A DNA stretch of 64,000 nucleotides, from the NCBI RefSeq assembly GCF_006345805.1, contig NC_043004.1, positions 65,286,001 to 65,350,000 of the forward strand, in the 5' to 3' direction. Positions within the stretch are counted from its first letter, which is position 1. Every line of letters starts with the position of its first letter. Below, piece after piece: positions 38,599-50,678 of the stretch. The stretch is from Octopus sinensis (Eukaryota). The position numbers and the translations under genes are program-made. The notes below the pieces were generated by a model. It saw only the letters and a list, made by a program, of their open reading frames with translations, searched no databases and was not told the DNA's origin.

Positions 38599-39158
38599 TT
38601 TCTACTATTTCCAAAAGTGATTTACAAAATAAACATTAAAAAAATCTTCCTCTAAATATTATAGCTGTTTAACCATCACGCATGCTTCATAACGTTCGGA
38701 ACTGAAATACGTATTGAACTCACTCTCTCATAACTCTCTACCATAAAAATGTTGGATATCTAGTATTTTATCAGATATTAATAAAATTTGTCGGACCGTT
38801 TTTAATCCCGCCGGCCGTCGGAGATATCGAAACTATGTGCTCTCCAACTGCATGAAAATAGATTCGACAAATTTTATTTTTACCTTAAAAATTACTAAGA
38901 AATGCTAAATTCCAAACATATCTATGGTCAAATACGTTTAGAGAAATTTCAAACCATAAAAATCGCACTTTAAAATAGTGCTTGGTGACATTGGTGTAAT
39001 ATTCATTTAAACTATTAACAGGTGTTTAGATACATACCAGCTACAACTAATAGTTGTCTGTACGAAAAGCAAGGCCCTACGTATATTATATTGTCTTTAA
39101 ATTAAGTGGCGGCAGAAGAATTATCGTTGAACTTTTAAAAGGCAAGTTTATTGTTGCC

Positions 39159-39269
39159 TACGGCCAGCTGTATGCTGGTTGTTCAAGGGGAGGGAATGGG
39201 ACCAATCTATTTGTACTGACCCCGAATGGGAAGACAACAATTGCTGTCTATCATGCAGCTTTGCAATAA
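39159..39269 (+). pseudogene. Helitron PIF1-helicase C-terminal fragment
   Basis: YGQLYAGCSRGG..NLFVLTPNGKTTIAVYHAALQ* matches the HGQLYVACSR..VY motif VI end. Confidence 0.75.
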
Positions 39270-39407
39270 TTTCCAAGTCGACAAGTTATATCATTGTTTT
39301 GATGAAAATTGTTCATCGCTTGAAAAATATTGTTCAAGCTTGATAAAATGTAATATGTTTCTGTCTTTAGGCGCAGGAGTGGCTGTGTGGTAAGAAGCTT
39401 GCTTCCC

Positions 39408-40791
39408 GCACATGCGTCGGTCTATTCGCTGTGTTAATTTTTGACGAGTCGGATAGAATTTTTTGTACTTCTTGGCAGCGGTTTGTGAATGGGCGTTGTA
39501 TCGGTGGTAAAATATATTCGGACCTTCGCGAGTATGAGCTGTCCTCAGCGGAGGAGGAGCTCGTTTAGGCAGTAAATAGAATGGACGAACGTTTGGAAAG
39601 AGTAAAAAGTTTTGCTGAGGCTGCAGAGGTGAAGAAAAGGGAGTTGGACCTAGCCGGACTGAAGGAGCTGAGTAAGATGACACAGAAGGTAGGCGATGAC
39701 GTAAAGTCATTACCCCCGAAAAGGGTTATGGAAAATATGGAAAAGAAGACCATTACCTACAAGGTGTACTCAATGGAAAGTAGGAAGGTGGAGCTGGAAA
39801 AAGTAGAAAAAGCATTAAAGGGGCTTTCGAAGTAAGTGACATACATAGCGAAAGGAAATGGATATGGGACGGTTGTGGTCCAATTTAGGTCAGCGGAGGA
39901 GGCAAAGAGGCTGACGAGTGCAACTGTAAAAACGGAGGGAGTGGTACTTCTACCTACGTACCTTGGAAGAAAGACTTCTAAGGTGAGGGTAGAAGGAATT
40001 CCACCCGATATAGAAGTGGCTTGAGTTGCGGCAGCCGTCCTCGTTGGAAGTGAGAAGGAGGTGGCTGTCCTCCAAGCCACAGAAACAGAGGACGAAGGAT
40101 GGAGAGGAAAAACACTGGACCTCATTATACGGACAAAGGAGAGTCAGTTAGAGAGTTTGGCGGAGACGGTGACGTTGGGAAATATTGTGTTAAGAGTGTC
40201 GGTGAAGGGCAGAATCCCACAATGTTTTAATGTGGCCAAAATGGCCACATGGGTGCGCACTGCCCTCTGCAGAGGAAAACGACAGAATAAGTGGTGGTAG
40301 AGACAGACGAGAAAAAGGAAGAAGTACAGATAGGTGGAAGGAACAAGGAGGATGAATGGACAGTGATAGAGAATAAAAGGAAAAAGAGAAAGGAGAGGAA
40401 GAATAGTCAGTGTTATGGGGGACCTCCAGACCAAATCCATCTCACCCAAGGCGACTCAGACCCACCCTTCCCATTCAGACACCAAACCCACCCACCCCCT
40501 CTCCCCGCAGAAAAAAGGAGAAAGAACAGACTCCACAAAATTTACAAGACCCCTCCCCCAGTGAAAGAGGTTACGTGTGCATGAAGGAGAGAGTGTTGTC
40601 ACTCAGCGATGGGGAAAACGGTAAACGAAAGACTAGATCAAAGACTAAAGAGGGCTCAGAACACAGAGGTGGTGAGTGGTGTTACTCAGTGTGGGGCGAG
40701 TAACACACTTTTCATATTCTCATTTCTCAATTGTTATATGCCCCCACATGTGTTGTAGTGTCCCCCTCTATGAGGCAATTTAAAAGAAATA
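39408..40791 (+). mobile_element. ORF1-only L1/Tx1-like retroelement (HAL1-like or ORF2-deleted)
   Basis: Gag-like ORF1, short 3' UTR, A-rich tail, 16-bp TSD (39392-39407 and 40792-40807, 2 mismatches); no RT. Confidence 0.75.
39581..40584 (+). pseudogene. Disrupted ORF1 nucleic-acid-binding protein with a CCHC knuckle
   Basis: Same-frame pieces 39581, 39836 and 40061, then a 1-nt frameshift inside C-F-x-C-GQNG-H-MGAH-C (CX2CX4HX4C); basic tail EWTVIENKRKKRK. Confidence 0.75.
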
Positions 40792-40931
40792 AAAAAGCTT
40801 GTTTCCCAACTACATGGTTCCGGGTTTAGTCCGACTGCATAACACCTGGGACTAGTGTCTTCTACTATAACCTCGGGCCGACCAAAGCCTTGTGAATAGA
40901 TTTGGTAGAGGGAAATTCAAAGAAGCCCGTC

Positions 40932-40973
<42 letters not shown>

Positions 40974-41185
40974 GTGTCTGTGCCCCACCATCACATGAGA
41001 ACTGATGTTGGTGTCTTTACGTCCCGTAACTTAGCGGATCGGCAAAAGATGCTGATAGAATAAGTACTAGGCTTACAAAGAATAAGTCCGGGGATCGACT
41101 TGTTCGTCTAAAGGCGGTACTCCAGCATGGCCGCACACAAATGACTGAAACAAGTAAAAGAATAAAAAATAAAAGAAACATACTC

Positions 41186-41404
41186 GAGTGGCTGTGTGGT
41201 AAGTAGATTTCTTACCAACCACATGGTTCTAGGTTCAGTGCCACTGCGTGGCACCTTGGGCAACTGTCTTCTACTATTGCCTCGGGCCGACCAAAGCCTT
41301 GTGTGTGGATCTGGTAGACGGAAACTGAAAGAAGCCCGTCGTATATATATATGTACATATATATATATATGTATATATATGTATATATATATATATATAT
41401 ATGT

Positions 41405-41456
<52 letters not shown>

Positions 41457-41660
41457 TTCTGTGTCTGTGTTTGTCCCCTTAGCATTGCTTGACAACCGAT
41501 GCTGGTGTGTTTACGTCCCCGTAACCTAGCGGTTCGGGAAAAGAGACCGATAGAATAAGTGCTCGGCTTACAAAGAAAAAGTCCTGGCGTCAATTTACTC
41601 AACTTAAGGCGGTGCTCCAGCATGGCCACAGTCAAATGACTGAAACAAGGAAAGAGAGAG
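41186..41660 (+). mobile_element. SINE family A
   Basis: Near full-length homology. Confidence 0.85.
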
Positions 41661-42324
41661 TAATGAATGAAATGTTATTGAAGAGCGCTCCACAGGAGCT
41701 AGTTTAAAAGCCCGCCAATAGCTAAGTGCGTATATATAATGCATGTTTATTTGAGCGTGCGTGCGTGCGTGCGTGTATGTGGAAAGCAAGAGACACTGGG
41801 AGTGCGAGCCGAGTGGGGACGGAGGGAGAGAGAGAGACTGAAAGAGAACGGAGAGAGAGAGAGAGAAACACATGCACATGGTTATATAAACCTGTACGTC
41901 TGTATGGTGTGCACGTGTGTAAGTATTTCTGCATAAATATTTCCATTGACCAAACAATAGTAACCAGAAAATATGAAACATATGAAACTAGTAGAATTAA
42001 CAATAATACTGAGGCTAAAACTCTGAGGCTAAAAGTCTGTAAATATTATCAATGACTATTGTCTGGCTACTAAGAAGTATTTGAAAATAACATAAATAAC
42101 ATTGGTTCCGTACTCTATAGAAATTGCAATGGACGTAATCAATCGTGTTTTATGACCTTAAAGTAATCATTGTATATCAATAGTCAGGCACTCATTTTAT
42201 CTTTGTACAGTGAACATCCCAAGTCAGTGAAGTAAACTTTTTTTATATGTGCAATAATGGCGTTGTGTAGAAGAAGCTTCCTTTGAACTGCGTGGTTTCG
42301 GCTTCAGGCCCACTGTGAAGGAAT

Positions 42325-42724
42325 ATTCTTTTCGACTCTAGGCACAAGGACTGAAATTTTGGGGGATAGGGGGGGCAGTCGATTAGATCGACTCCAGTAC
42401 ACAACTGGTACTTTATAGAACCCGAAAGGATGAAAGGCAAAGTCGACTTTGGTGGAATTTGAATCCAGAACGTAAATACAGACGAAATACCTATTTCTTT
42501 ACTACCCACAAGGGGTTAAACACAGAGAGGACAAACAAGGACAGACAAACGGATCAAGTCGATTATATTGCTCCCAGTTCGTAACTAGTACTTATTTAAT
42601 CGACTCCGAAAGGATGAACGGCAAAGTCAACCTCAGCGGAATTTGAACTCAGAACGTAACGGCAGACGAAATACCGCTAAGCATTTCGCCCGGTGCACTA
42701 ACGTTTCCGCCAGCTCACCGCCTT
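42325..42724 (-). mobile_element. Family B dimer (T2 body then T1 body)
   Basis: Junction GTAGTAAAGAAATA|GGTATTTCGTC on the minus strand. Confidence 0.9.
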
Positions 42725-42776
42725 ACTCTGTAGGAATATTGCTAACGGAATGAAACATCTGTGGAATACCGTAGCT

Positions 42777-42812
<36 letters not shown>

Positions 42813-42816
<4 letters not shown>

Positions 42817-42953
42817 CACAAGATAAGGGCAAAAGAAAAATTCTAATGCTAAATATGCCGAAAAAAAGACAAAAATTGACAATTGGCAATTCTTGTCTTT
42901 TTTTCAGCATATTTGGCGTTAGAATTTTTCCTTTTGCCCTTATCTTGTGAATT
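42813..42953. repeat. ~140-bp palindrome adjacent to (TA)n
   Basis: AATTCACAAGATAAGGGC..CAATTG..GCCCTTATCTTGTGAATT. Confidence 0.85.
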
Positions 42954-43039
42954 ATTTATAAATTTAACCTTTAAAGGTATTTTTGATATGCTGGCCATTG
43001 ATAAAAATTTTTCCCGAAAAAATTTTTATACTACATTAG

Positions 43040-43080
<41 letters not shown>

Positions 43081-43106
43081 TGTATATATATATATTTTTT
43101 TTTTAA

Positions 43107-43405
43107 ATAAAATTTATGAATAAATGAAAGAATGGAGTTGAACGACAAATTTCCTTTATTTTCGACATATGTTTCGAAGGCTGCATATTCCTAATTGTGA
43201 AGGAATAAGGAGTATATTATGCCGCTTTCTCATCAGGAAAAACAAGGAATTTATGTCAATATCAAGATTCACAAAAACTTTTAGATGACTACTCCTTATT
43301 CCTTCACAATTAGGAATATGCAGCCTTCGAATCATATGTCGAAAATAAAGGAAATTTGTTAATTTGTCGTTCAACTCCATTCTTTCATTTATTCATAAAT
43401 TTTAT
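43107..43405 (-). mobile_element. Hammerhead-bearing PLE-like element with an inverted 5' copy
   Basis: Inverted arms 43107-43214 and 43290-43405; hammerhead overlaps the left arm and spacer. Confidence 0.75.
43159..43241 (-). ncRNA. Minimal type I hammerhead ribozyme, intact core, long stem II
   Basis: TTTTC-CTGATGA-GAAAGC..GCCTTC-GAAA-CATATG-TC-GAAAA; palindromic ACATATGT stem III; GUC site. Confidence 0.85.
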
Positions 43406-43588
43406 AAAAATACACAAATTTCCACACGAAAACACGTAGTCTCTGCCCTAGGCACGTAACTTCAACCGTGTTATTTCTGATGTGAATTTGCTACCCAGGT
43501 ATCGGTTAAACGAAGTATCCATAAAAAGATATTTCATTTTTCTACTCAAATATATTATATATATATATATGTGTGTGTGGTGTGTGTG

Positions 43589-43625
<37 letters not shown>

Positions 43626-44322
43626 ATGTGTGTATTTGTGTTTTTGGTAGTCCCCTCCCTACCACTGCTTGTCAACCGGTGTTGGTTTGCTTACTTTCCA
43701 GTGATTTAACAGTACAGCAAAAGTCTCTAACAAAATAAGCAACAGATTTAAATACCAAGAAAGCGAGTACTCTGGTCGAATGCTTCGACTACATCTTTTA
43801 AATTAATGCCCTAGCATGGTCGCAATTCAATGACTAAAACCAGTGTGACACAAAAGATACCACCAATATTACCATACGCACTCAGAGAGTCTATATAAAA
43901 TCACTAGAATTAAGCAGTCGTCAAAATGAAAGAATCCTTCGAAATATCGTATATACGTGTTGAATCTAACGAGATGGAAAACATTTCGTTGAGTATCATT
44001 AAGAACGACAATGGAAGATAATGGCTACTTCTATACTGGTGCAATGTTAGTTTTTATAAATGTCTTTTTTTTTTTCAGAGAGAATTTGGAATCGTTTTCG
44101 AATATAGCATCATTAATGGCAGATATGAATAGATAAGTGACAGAGAAATTTGTAAGATATGGCATATGGAATAAGTGGCTTTGCTTGGCATGATGGTCAG
44201 AAACAGAAATCTTAGTTCAACGATCTAACATCTATATATTTCCAACTTTTGCGTGATGGAATATATGCTTATGTATATGTGTGTGTGAATGGATTTAATA
44301 GACGGAAACTGAAAGAAGCCCG

Positions 44323-44596
44323 TCATGGCTCAGTGGTTAGAGCGTCGAGCTTACGATCTTGAGGTTGTGATTTCGATTCCCGGACCGGGCTGCGTGTTGT
44401 GTTCTTGAGCAAGACACTGGTGTAAAGCTGTATCGGTCTTTGCCTTTCCATTGGATAACAATAGTGGTGTGGAGATGGGAGGCTGTTATGCACGGGCGAC
44501 TGCTGGCCTTCCACAAAAACCTTGCCCGGACTTGGGGCCTGGGAAGTTAACTTTTTAGGTGCAATCCCACCGTCATTCATGGCCGAAGAGTGTCTT
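44323..44596 (+). mobile_element. SINE family C, tail 2, nested in an A-SINE remnant (44285-44860)
   Basis: ATGGCTCAGTGGTTAGAGCG head; A sequence before (GAAAGAAGCCCGTC) and after. Confidence 0.8.
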
Positions 44597-44600
44597 CTCC

Positions 44601-44644
<44 letters not shown>

Positions 44645-44879
44645 AGTGTGTGTGTGTGTATATACATGTGTGTGTGTGTGTATGTTTGTGTGTCTGTGTT
44701 TCTCACCCCAACATCGCTTGACAACCGATGCTGGTGTGTTTACGTACCCATAGCGTAGTGGTTCAGCTTAAGAGACCGATAGAACAAGTACTAGGCCTAC
44801 AAAAAATAATTCCTGTGGTAGTGCTGCTTGGCGTCAGTGTAATGACCGAAACAATTAAAAAATAATAGATATACATATG

Positions 44880-44917
<38 letters not shown>

Positions 44918-45308
44918 GGCGCAGGAGTGGCTGTGGTAAGTAGCTTGCTTACCAACCACATGGTTCGGGTTCAGTCCCACTGCGTGGCACCTTGTGCAAG
45001 TGTCTTCTAGTATAGCCTCAGGCAGGTCAAAGCCTTGTGAGGGGATTTGGTAGACGGAAATTGAAAGAAGCCCGTCGTATATATGTATATAACATATGTG
45101 TATGTTTGTGTGCATGTTTGTGTGTCTGTGTTTGTCCCCCACCATCGCTTGACAACCGATGCTGGTGTGTTCATGTCCCCGTAATTTAGAATAAGTACTA
45201 GGCTTACAAAGAATAAGTCCTGGGGTCGATTTGCTCGACTAAAGGTGGTACTCCAGCATGGCCGCAGTCAAATGACTGAAAGAAGTAAAAGAGTAAAAGA
45301 GTAAAGAG
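44918..45308 (+). mobile_element. SINE family A
   Basis: Full head GGCGCAGGAGTGGCTG through the (GTAAAAGA)n tail. Confidence 0.9.
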
Positions 45309-45338
<30 letters not shown>

Positions 45339-45339
<1 letters not shown>

Positions 45340-45788
45340 TAATTAATCAATATAATGGTAGCAAAAAATTCAATAGAAATTTTTTCGCCACCAGCGGTCT
45401 AGTGAGAAAAAAAAAAAAGTCAACAGACATATAATGTACATTCAACAATAATATTAAAGAATGGCCTTAATAGGCCATTCAACTCACTAAAACGAGCAGC
45501 TAAACTCAAACCGCTAAATAGTAGTTATTCAGAAATCAAAGGAAAATTAAAAAGATTTACCCTTCATCTTTGGACTATGCATAGTTTCGACGTACTTTTT
45601 GGCAAGCCAGCCTAATTAAATTAAATTAAATTTAATCAAGTCAATTTACCACTGGCCCGTCTCATCGGCAAAGAAGCCAGGAGGATTGATTTCTGAATTA
45701 CTACTATTTAGTGGTATGAGTTTAGCTGCTCGTTTTAGTGAGTTGAATGACCTATTAAGACCATTCCTCAATATTATTGTTGTATGTA
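45339..45788 (-). mobile_element. Hammerhead-bearing PLE-like element with an inverted 5' copy
   Basis: Inverted arms 45437-45539 and 45686-45788 with a hammerhead in the spacer. Confidence 0.75.
45568..45673 (-). ncRNA. Type I hammerhead ribozyme (U4C)
   Basis: CTTTG-CCGATGA-GACG..CGTC-GAAA-CTATGCATAG-TC-CAAAG; palindromic stem III. Confidence 0.8.
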
Positions 45789-45799
45789 TATATATACAT

Positions 45800-45817
45800 A
45801 TAGATAGATAGATAGAC

Positions 45818-45905
<88 letters not shown>
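45800..45905. repeat. (TAGA)n microsatellite
   Basis: Direct reading. Confidence 0.95.
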
Positions 45906-45906
<1 letters not shown>

Positions 45907-46257
45907 CGTATGTGTGTATGTATTTCGCGTTACACTAAGAAGCGGTGCATGATAACAGAATTATAACAAAATATTCCAAATCATTGTTAGAGTACCGGTG
46001 TAAGTAATGTTTGGACCGGATACTCTCCTTTTACATCGTATCGTAAAAGTTGTAATAATGAAACTAAACCAAATAGCGATATCTTGAAATCATTTAATAT
46101 GTACGTTTCGGATCTGTGCAACTTATAATAGGAATTACTTTCAATACGTAACATCTTCAGTTGAAATACTTCAGAACATGTTCAATGGTTTAACTGTCAT
46201 TATGTAGTGGATGCATTTCCTGTTATATATTATGCATAAATAGTAGTAGTAATAATA

Positions 46258-46316
<59 letters not shown>

Positions 46317-46566
46317 CAACAACAACAACAACAACAATAATAATAATTTCTTAAGTCACCATAAGATGGATCTGGTATTGATCATTATATCCTTATTTTG
46401 TACAACGGTCGTTTTGGCCCACTCTGCTACCCTTGTGGGTGGAACTCCGTTCAGCAGATTTAGTTGCAACGATTTCGCAGTCTGTGTCTCATCAAACCGT
46501 GCCAGGGTTCTACTGAACACTTCAACACATAATTGACACACACCCATTGGCCCGAAGTATTATATA

Positions 46567-46649
<83 letters not shown>

Positions 46650-46685
46650 AATATTATATATATATATATTATATATAAAGTAAAT

Positions 46686-46931
46686 GTTCCTTCTCGTGCC
46701 ATGCCAGGCTCATAAGGGCCAGTTTCACGGTTTCAGAGGCGTATAAATTGCCCGACTGGATGGGATGCTGGTCCGTCGCAAGTTTACTCATTTTTGCTAG
46801 CTTAGTGGAGTGGAACAACGTGAAAATGAAGTGTTTTGCTCAAGAACACAACGCAATGCTCCGTCCAGGAATCAAAGCCACAACCTTACGATCATGAGTT
46901 CAACACCCTCATCACTAAGCCATGTACCTCC
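46686..46931 (-). mobile_element. SINE family C with a G-type tail (tail 3)
   Basis: C head and core; tail TGCGACGGACC..CTGGCCCTTATGAGCCTGGCATGGCACGAGAAGGAAC. Confidence 0.8.
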
Positions 46932-47055
46932 ACACACACACACACACACACATATATGTATGAATGTATATATATGTATATATATAAATATATATATATA
47001 TTGAGAAATGGTATGACACATATCATATTTACAGATAAATATATGTATATCTATA

Positions 47056-47100
<45 letters not shown>

Positions 47101-47206
47101 CATGTCAAAGGAATGGAATTTAATTAAAATTAAAACATTCAATCAAAATTTCCATTTCCAGTAGTCTAACGTGCAAAAATAAATTAGTCAAGAAGACTAT
47201 ATATTA

Positions 47207-47362
47207 GTCATACGATATAGTGTATATTTAAACACATAAGGAATCCACTTTTAGGGAATTCGGTACGCTAGAAAGAACAGCTAGGTTCTGTAAACCACAA
47301 AAATAACGGATTCCCTATAAGTAGATTCCTTATGTGTTTAAATATACACTATATTGTATGAC
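47207..47362. repeat. Inverted repeat, ~55-bp arms
   Basis: 47207-47263 vs 47306-47362. Confidence 0.8.
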
Positions 47363-47461
47363 ATATATATACATACATATATATATATATATATAGCGCC
47401 CTACTAATACATTTCTTTGTACTCCACCAGCCTTCGTCTTTTGTTTATTTCGTAAACCTTC

Positions 47462-47506
<45 letters not shown>

Positions 47507-47507
<1 letters not shown>

Positions 47508-48062
47508 AAGTATAAAAGCCATCTCAATATGGCTAACCACAAAGGGGGGTGTTACTGTAGCTTTTTAGCCCCAGGGGATCATCGTCTCAAACTGGCTTTA
47601 GACACACTTTCTGTGCTCTTAAGGTATTTGCAAAGGGAGGCCATCCCTTTCTCGTAAGCCTGAGTGATACGCACCGGACAGCGGTTTCGAGATTTTTGTC
47701 TCTTATCAACGGGCTGTAATCACCAGGTCACTATGAAAGACAAGGCCTGCTTTGCAAATATATAAGAGTTTTTCTAGTGACGTCTGCCACTGATTTCGAA
47801 AAACTGACTGTAAGCATTATTAAATCTCAGAACGAGATGTAAACAGTAATCGCTCGACAATGTAAACTACCACTCAGGCTTACGAGAAAGGGATGGCCTC
47901 CCTTTGCAAATACCTTAAGAGCACAGAAAGTGTGTCTAAAGCCAGCTGGAGACGATGATCTCATGGGGCTAAAAAGCTACAGTAACAACCCCTTTGTGGT
48001 TAGCCATATTGAGATGGCTTTTATACTTTAAATTGTCGAGCGATTACTGTTTACATCTCGTT
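47507..48062 (-). mobile_element. Hammerhead-bearing PLE-like element with two nested inversions
   Basis: Arms 47507-47666 and 47871-48029; second pair 47831-47861 and 48032-48062. Confidence 0.8.
47671..47714 (-). ncRNA. Minimal type I hammerhead ribozyme, U3:A8 variant
   Basis: GCCCG-TTGATAA-GAGA CAAAAA TCTC-GAAA-CCGCTG-TC-CGGTGC. Confidence 0.7.
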
Positions 48063-48230
48063 TTTTTAAAATATATAACTATCAAAAAGTATTAAAAGTT
48101 TTAAAAGATAATATATTAAATAAATAAATAATAAATAAATAAAAAAATAAATAAAAAATATAAATAAAAAATGAAAAAAAATAATATATATATATTTATA
48201 TAAATTATTATATATATATAATATATATAG

Positions 48231-48261
<31 letters not shown>

Positions 48262-48265
48262 ATAT

Positions 48266-48727
48266 ATATCGGTGCCTTGTTGTACCATTTATTTACTTTT
48301 ATATGTATAATTTTACCCTTACGGGCTATCTTTTACTGGAAAGCAACTCTTTCGAATTGCATTATTATTTTCATTGAAACTTCTTCACTGTTATCGTTCT
48401 GTTAACGTTTTGGCATTCAGACGAGTGTACTGGCATAGATGTGGCAACATTTGAAATATTGTCTAGGTATATGCAGCTGATGAAGACAAATCAAATCTAC
48501 GTTTTCAAACGTATTTGAAGAGTCTGAAACCGATCCTGCATTATCCGATTCTAGGTTTTCCATTTTTCAGATGTTCTTCCTAGAGGTAAGACAAAATTTT
48601 TTCATGTTTGTTACACACACGCGTCTTTGCTAGTATATACGCAGTGAAGCTATACAATAGCGTCGTATTTATTACGATTGCTATTTTTCAGTAAATATCG
48701 GTGCCTTGTTGTACCATTCATTTACTT
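48266..48727 (+). mobile_element. Retrozyme-like monomer (429-bp period) with 33-bp terminal redundancy between (TA)n tracts
   Basis: ATATCGGTGCCTTGTTGTACCATT(T/C)ATTTACTT at 48266 and 48695; one hammerhead inside. Confidence 0.75.
48471..48541 (+). ncRNA. Minimal type I hammerhead ribozyme, intact core
   Basis: ATGCAG-CTGATGA-AGAC..GTCT-GAAA-CCGA-TC-CTGCAT; extended stem II (TCAAA..TACG/CGTA TTTGA). Confidence 0.85.
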
Positions 48728-49059
48728 ATATATATATATAACTGACACGACATTTAGACAGATCACAGAGGCTACACACATAGGAATAAGCAGACCGAGC
48801 CTCGACATGGAGACACGATCTGAGCCCTTATATTTTCGAATACGGGAATCTGTGCTGATAAAGAGAAATAACCCAGAAATCGCGATGCACAGATCGTGTC
48901 GTATAGCCAGCTTTAAACGATGTCTCCTGGGGCTAAATTACACCAACATTCGTCCAAAACCAGGACTGCCATGTTCTGTTGGCAAATAATCTTTACGCCA
49001 AAGTAGTGTTGCTGAATATCTCTCGTTGTGAGATTTACAAATAGTAATTTTCTAATTGA

Positions 49060-49830
49060 TAGCAACGATGACGACGACGACGACGACGGTGATGATAATG
49101 GACACCAACACCGCAACTACTAATGCAATGACCATCACAATGACCACCAGAATCACAACAAACCTCCACCATCCTCACCACCAATAACTCCACCCTCATC
49201 ATCAATGACGCCAACAGACCCACCACCACTACAACCACCACCACCGCCAAAACAACTACCACCACCATCATTATCACAATATCATCATCAACACTAGACT
49301 TATCATCGCACTCGCGTTGTCGTTGTCGTCAACGCCCTCCTCCTCCACTTCACCATCATCCTCATCCTCATCTTCATCCTCATCCTCATCCTAATCCTCC
49401 TCCTCCTCATCATCATCATCATCTGCTTCCTGATTATTGTCATCATCATCGTATCGTCGTTACCATTGTCGTTATCGTCATACTCTTTCATCCATCATCA
49501 TCATCATCATCAACCCCTTCTCCATGAAAATTCTTTTTGTTATGGTTGCTGTTGTTCTTTCTTCTTCTTCTTCTTCTTCTTCTTCTTCTTCTTCTTCTTC
49601 TTCTTCTTCTTCTTCTTCTTCTTCATTTTCTTCTTTTACTTCTTCTCATCAAACTTCATCACCGTCAACATTCTCCTCTTCTCCATCTCCTCCTCATCTT
49701 CATTCTGTCATAAAACAACTAGAACAACAAGAACAACAATAAAACAACAACCGCAAAAATAGCAGCCACGGCAATATCCTCGCGAACATCATCACCATCA
49801 TCATCAGCAGCAACAGCAACAACAACAATC
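49060..49830. repeat. Compound trinucleotide tract (ACC, ATC, CTT, AAC)
   Basis: Direct reading; (CTT)n at ~49557-49625. Confidence 0.85.
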
Positions 49831-49919
49831 TATCTATCTATCTATCTTTATATATATATATGTCACACACACGCACACACACGCGCACACACACACGAAC
49901 ACGCACACACAGACGCACA

Positions 49920-49956
<37 letters not shown>

Positions 49957-50645
49957 TCGTGTGTGTGTGTGTGTGTGTGTGTAATTTTTTTTGTTTTTTG
50001 CTTTTGCAAACGAAGAATCTCGAAAATAACTAAATGTAGAAACCGAAGACAATAGTGAAATGGAACTGTGCAGAGAATTCCAAGAAGCAGGGAATTATCA
50101 CGAAGTGAGTATTAATGGTGAAGGAATTAGCTATAAACAGATGTAGACAATAGATGGTTCTAGAAAGAAGGTTCAAGAGGAAATAGTGGCAAGAACACAA
50201 GAATCTTAAATTAGAATCCTCCCGGATCCTTTAAGAATATGTTTTGTCTTAATTCATGCATAATTCTTTTTAATTGTGTTTAATTTGTTTTTGTAACACA
50301 CGATATAATATATTTTCGGTATCAATGCGAATTATACGCCAATGTGCGTGTGTGTTTTTTTGTGTGTATACATGAATTACATAGAAACTTACATATATAC
50401 ATGTGTAATATATGTATTATATATATATATACTATATATTATATAAAAATATATATATATATATTATATATATATATGTATATATATGTATGTATGTATA
50501 TAACAATATATATTATATATATATATATATATTATATATATGTATGTATGTATATAAAATATATATACATATATATATATATATATAATATATATATTAT
50601 ATATATATGTATATATATGTATATGTATGTATATAGTATATATAT

Positions 50646-50678
<33 letters not shown>

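Larger units (their letters stand above)
39370..41165 (+). mobile_element. SINE family A split by a 1384-bp insertion
   Basis: Head 39370-39407; remainder from 40792. Confidence 0.85.
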
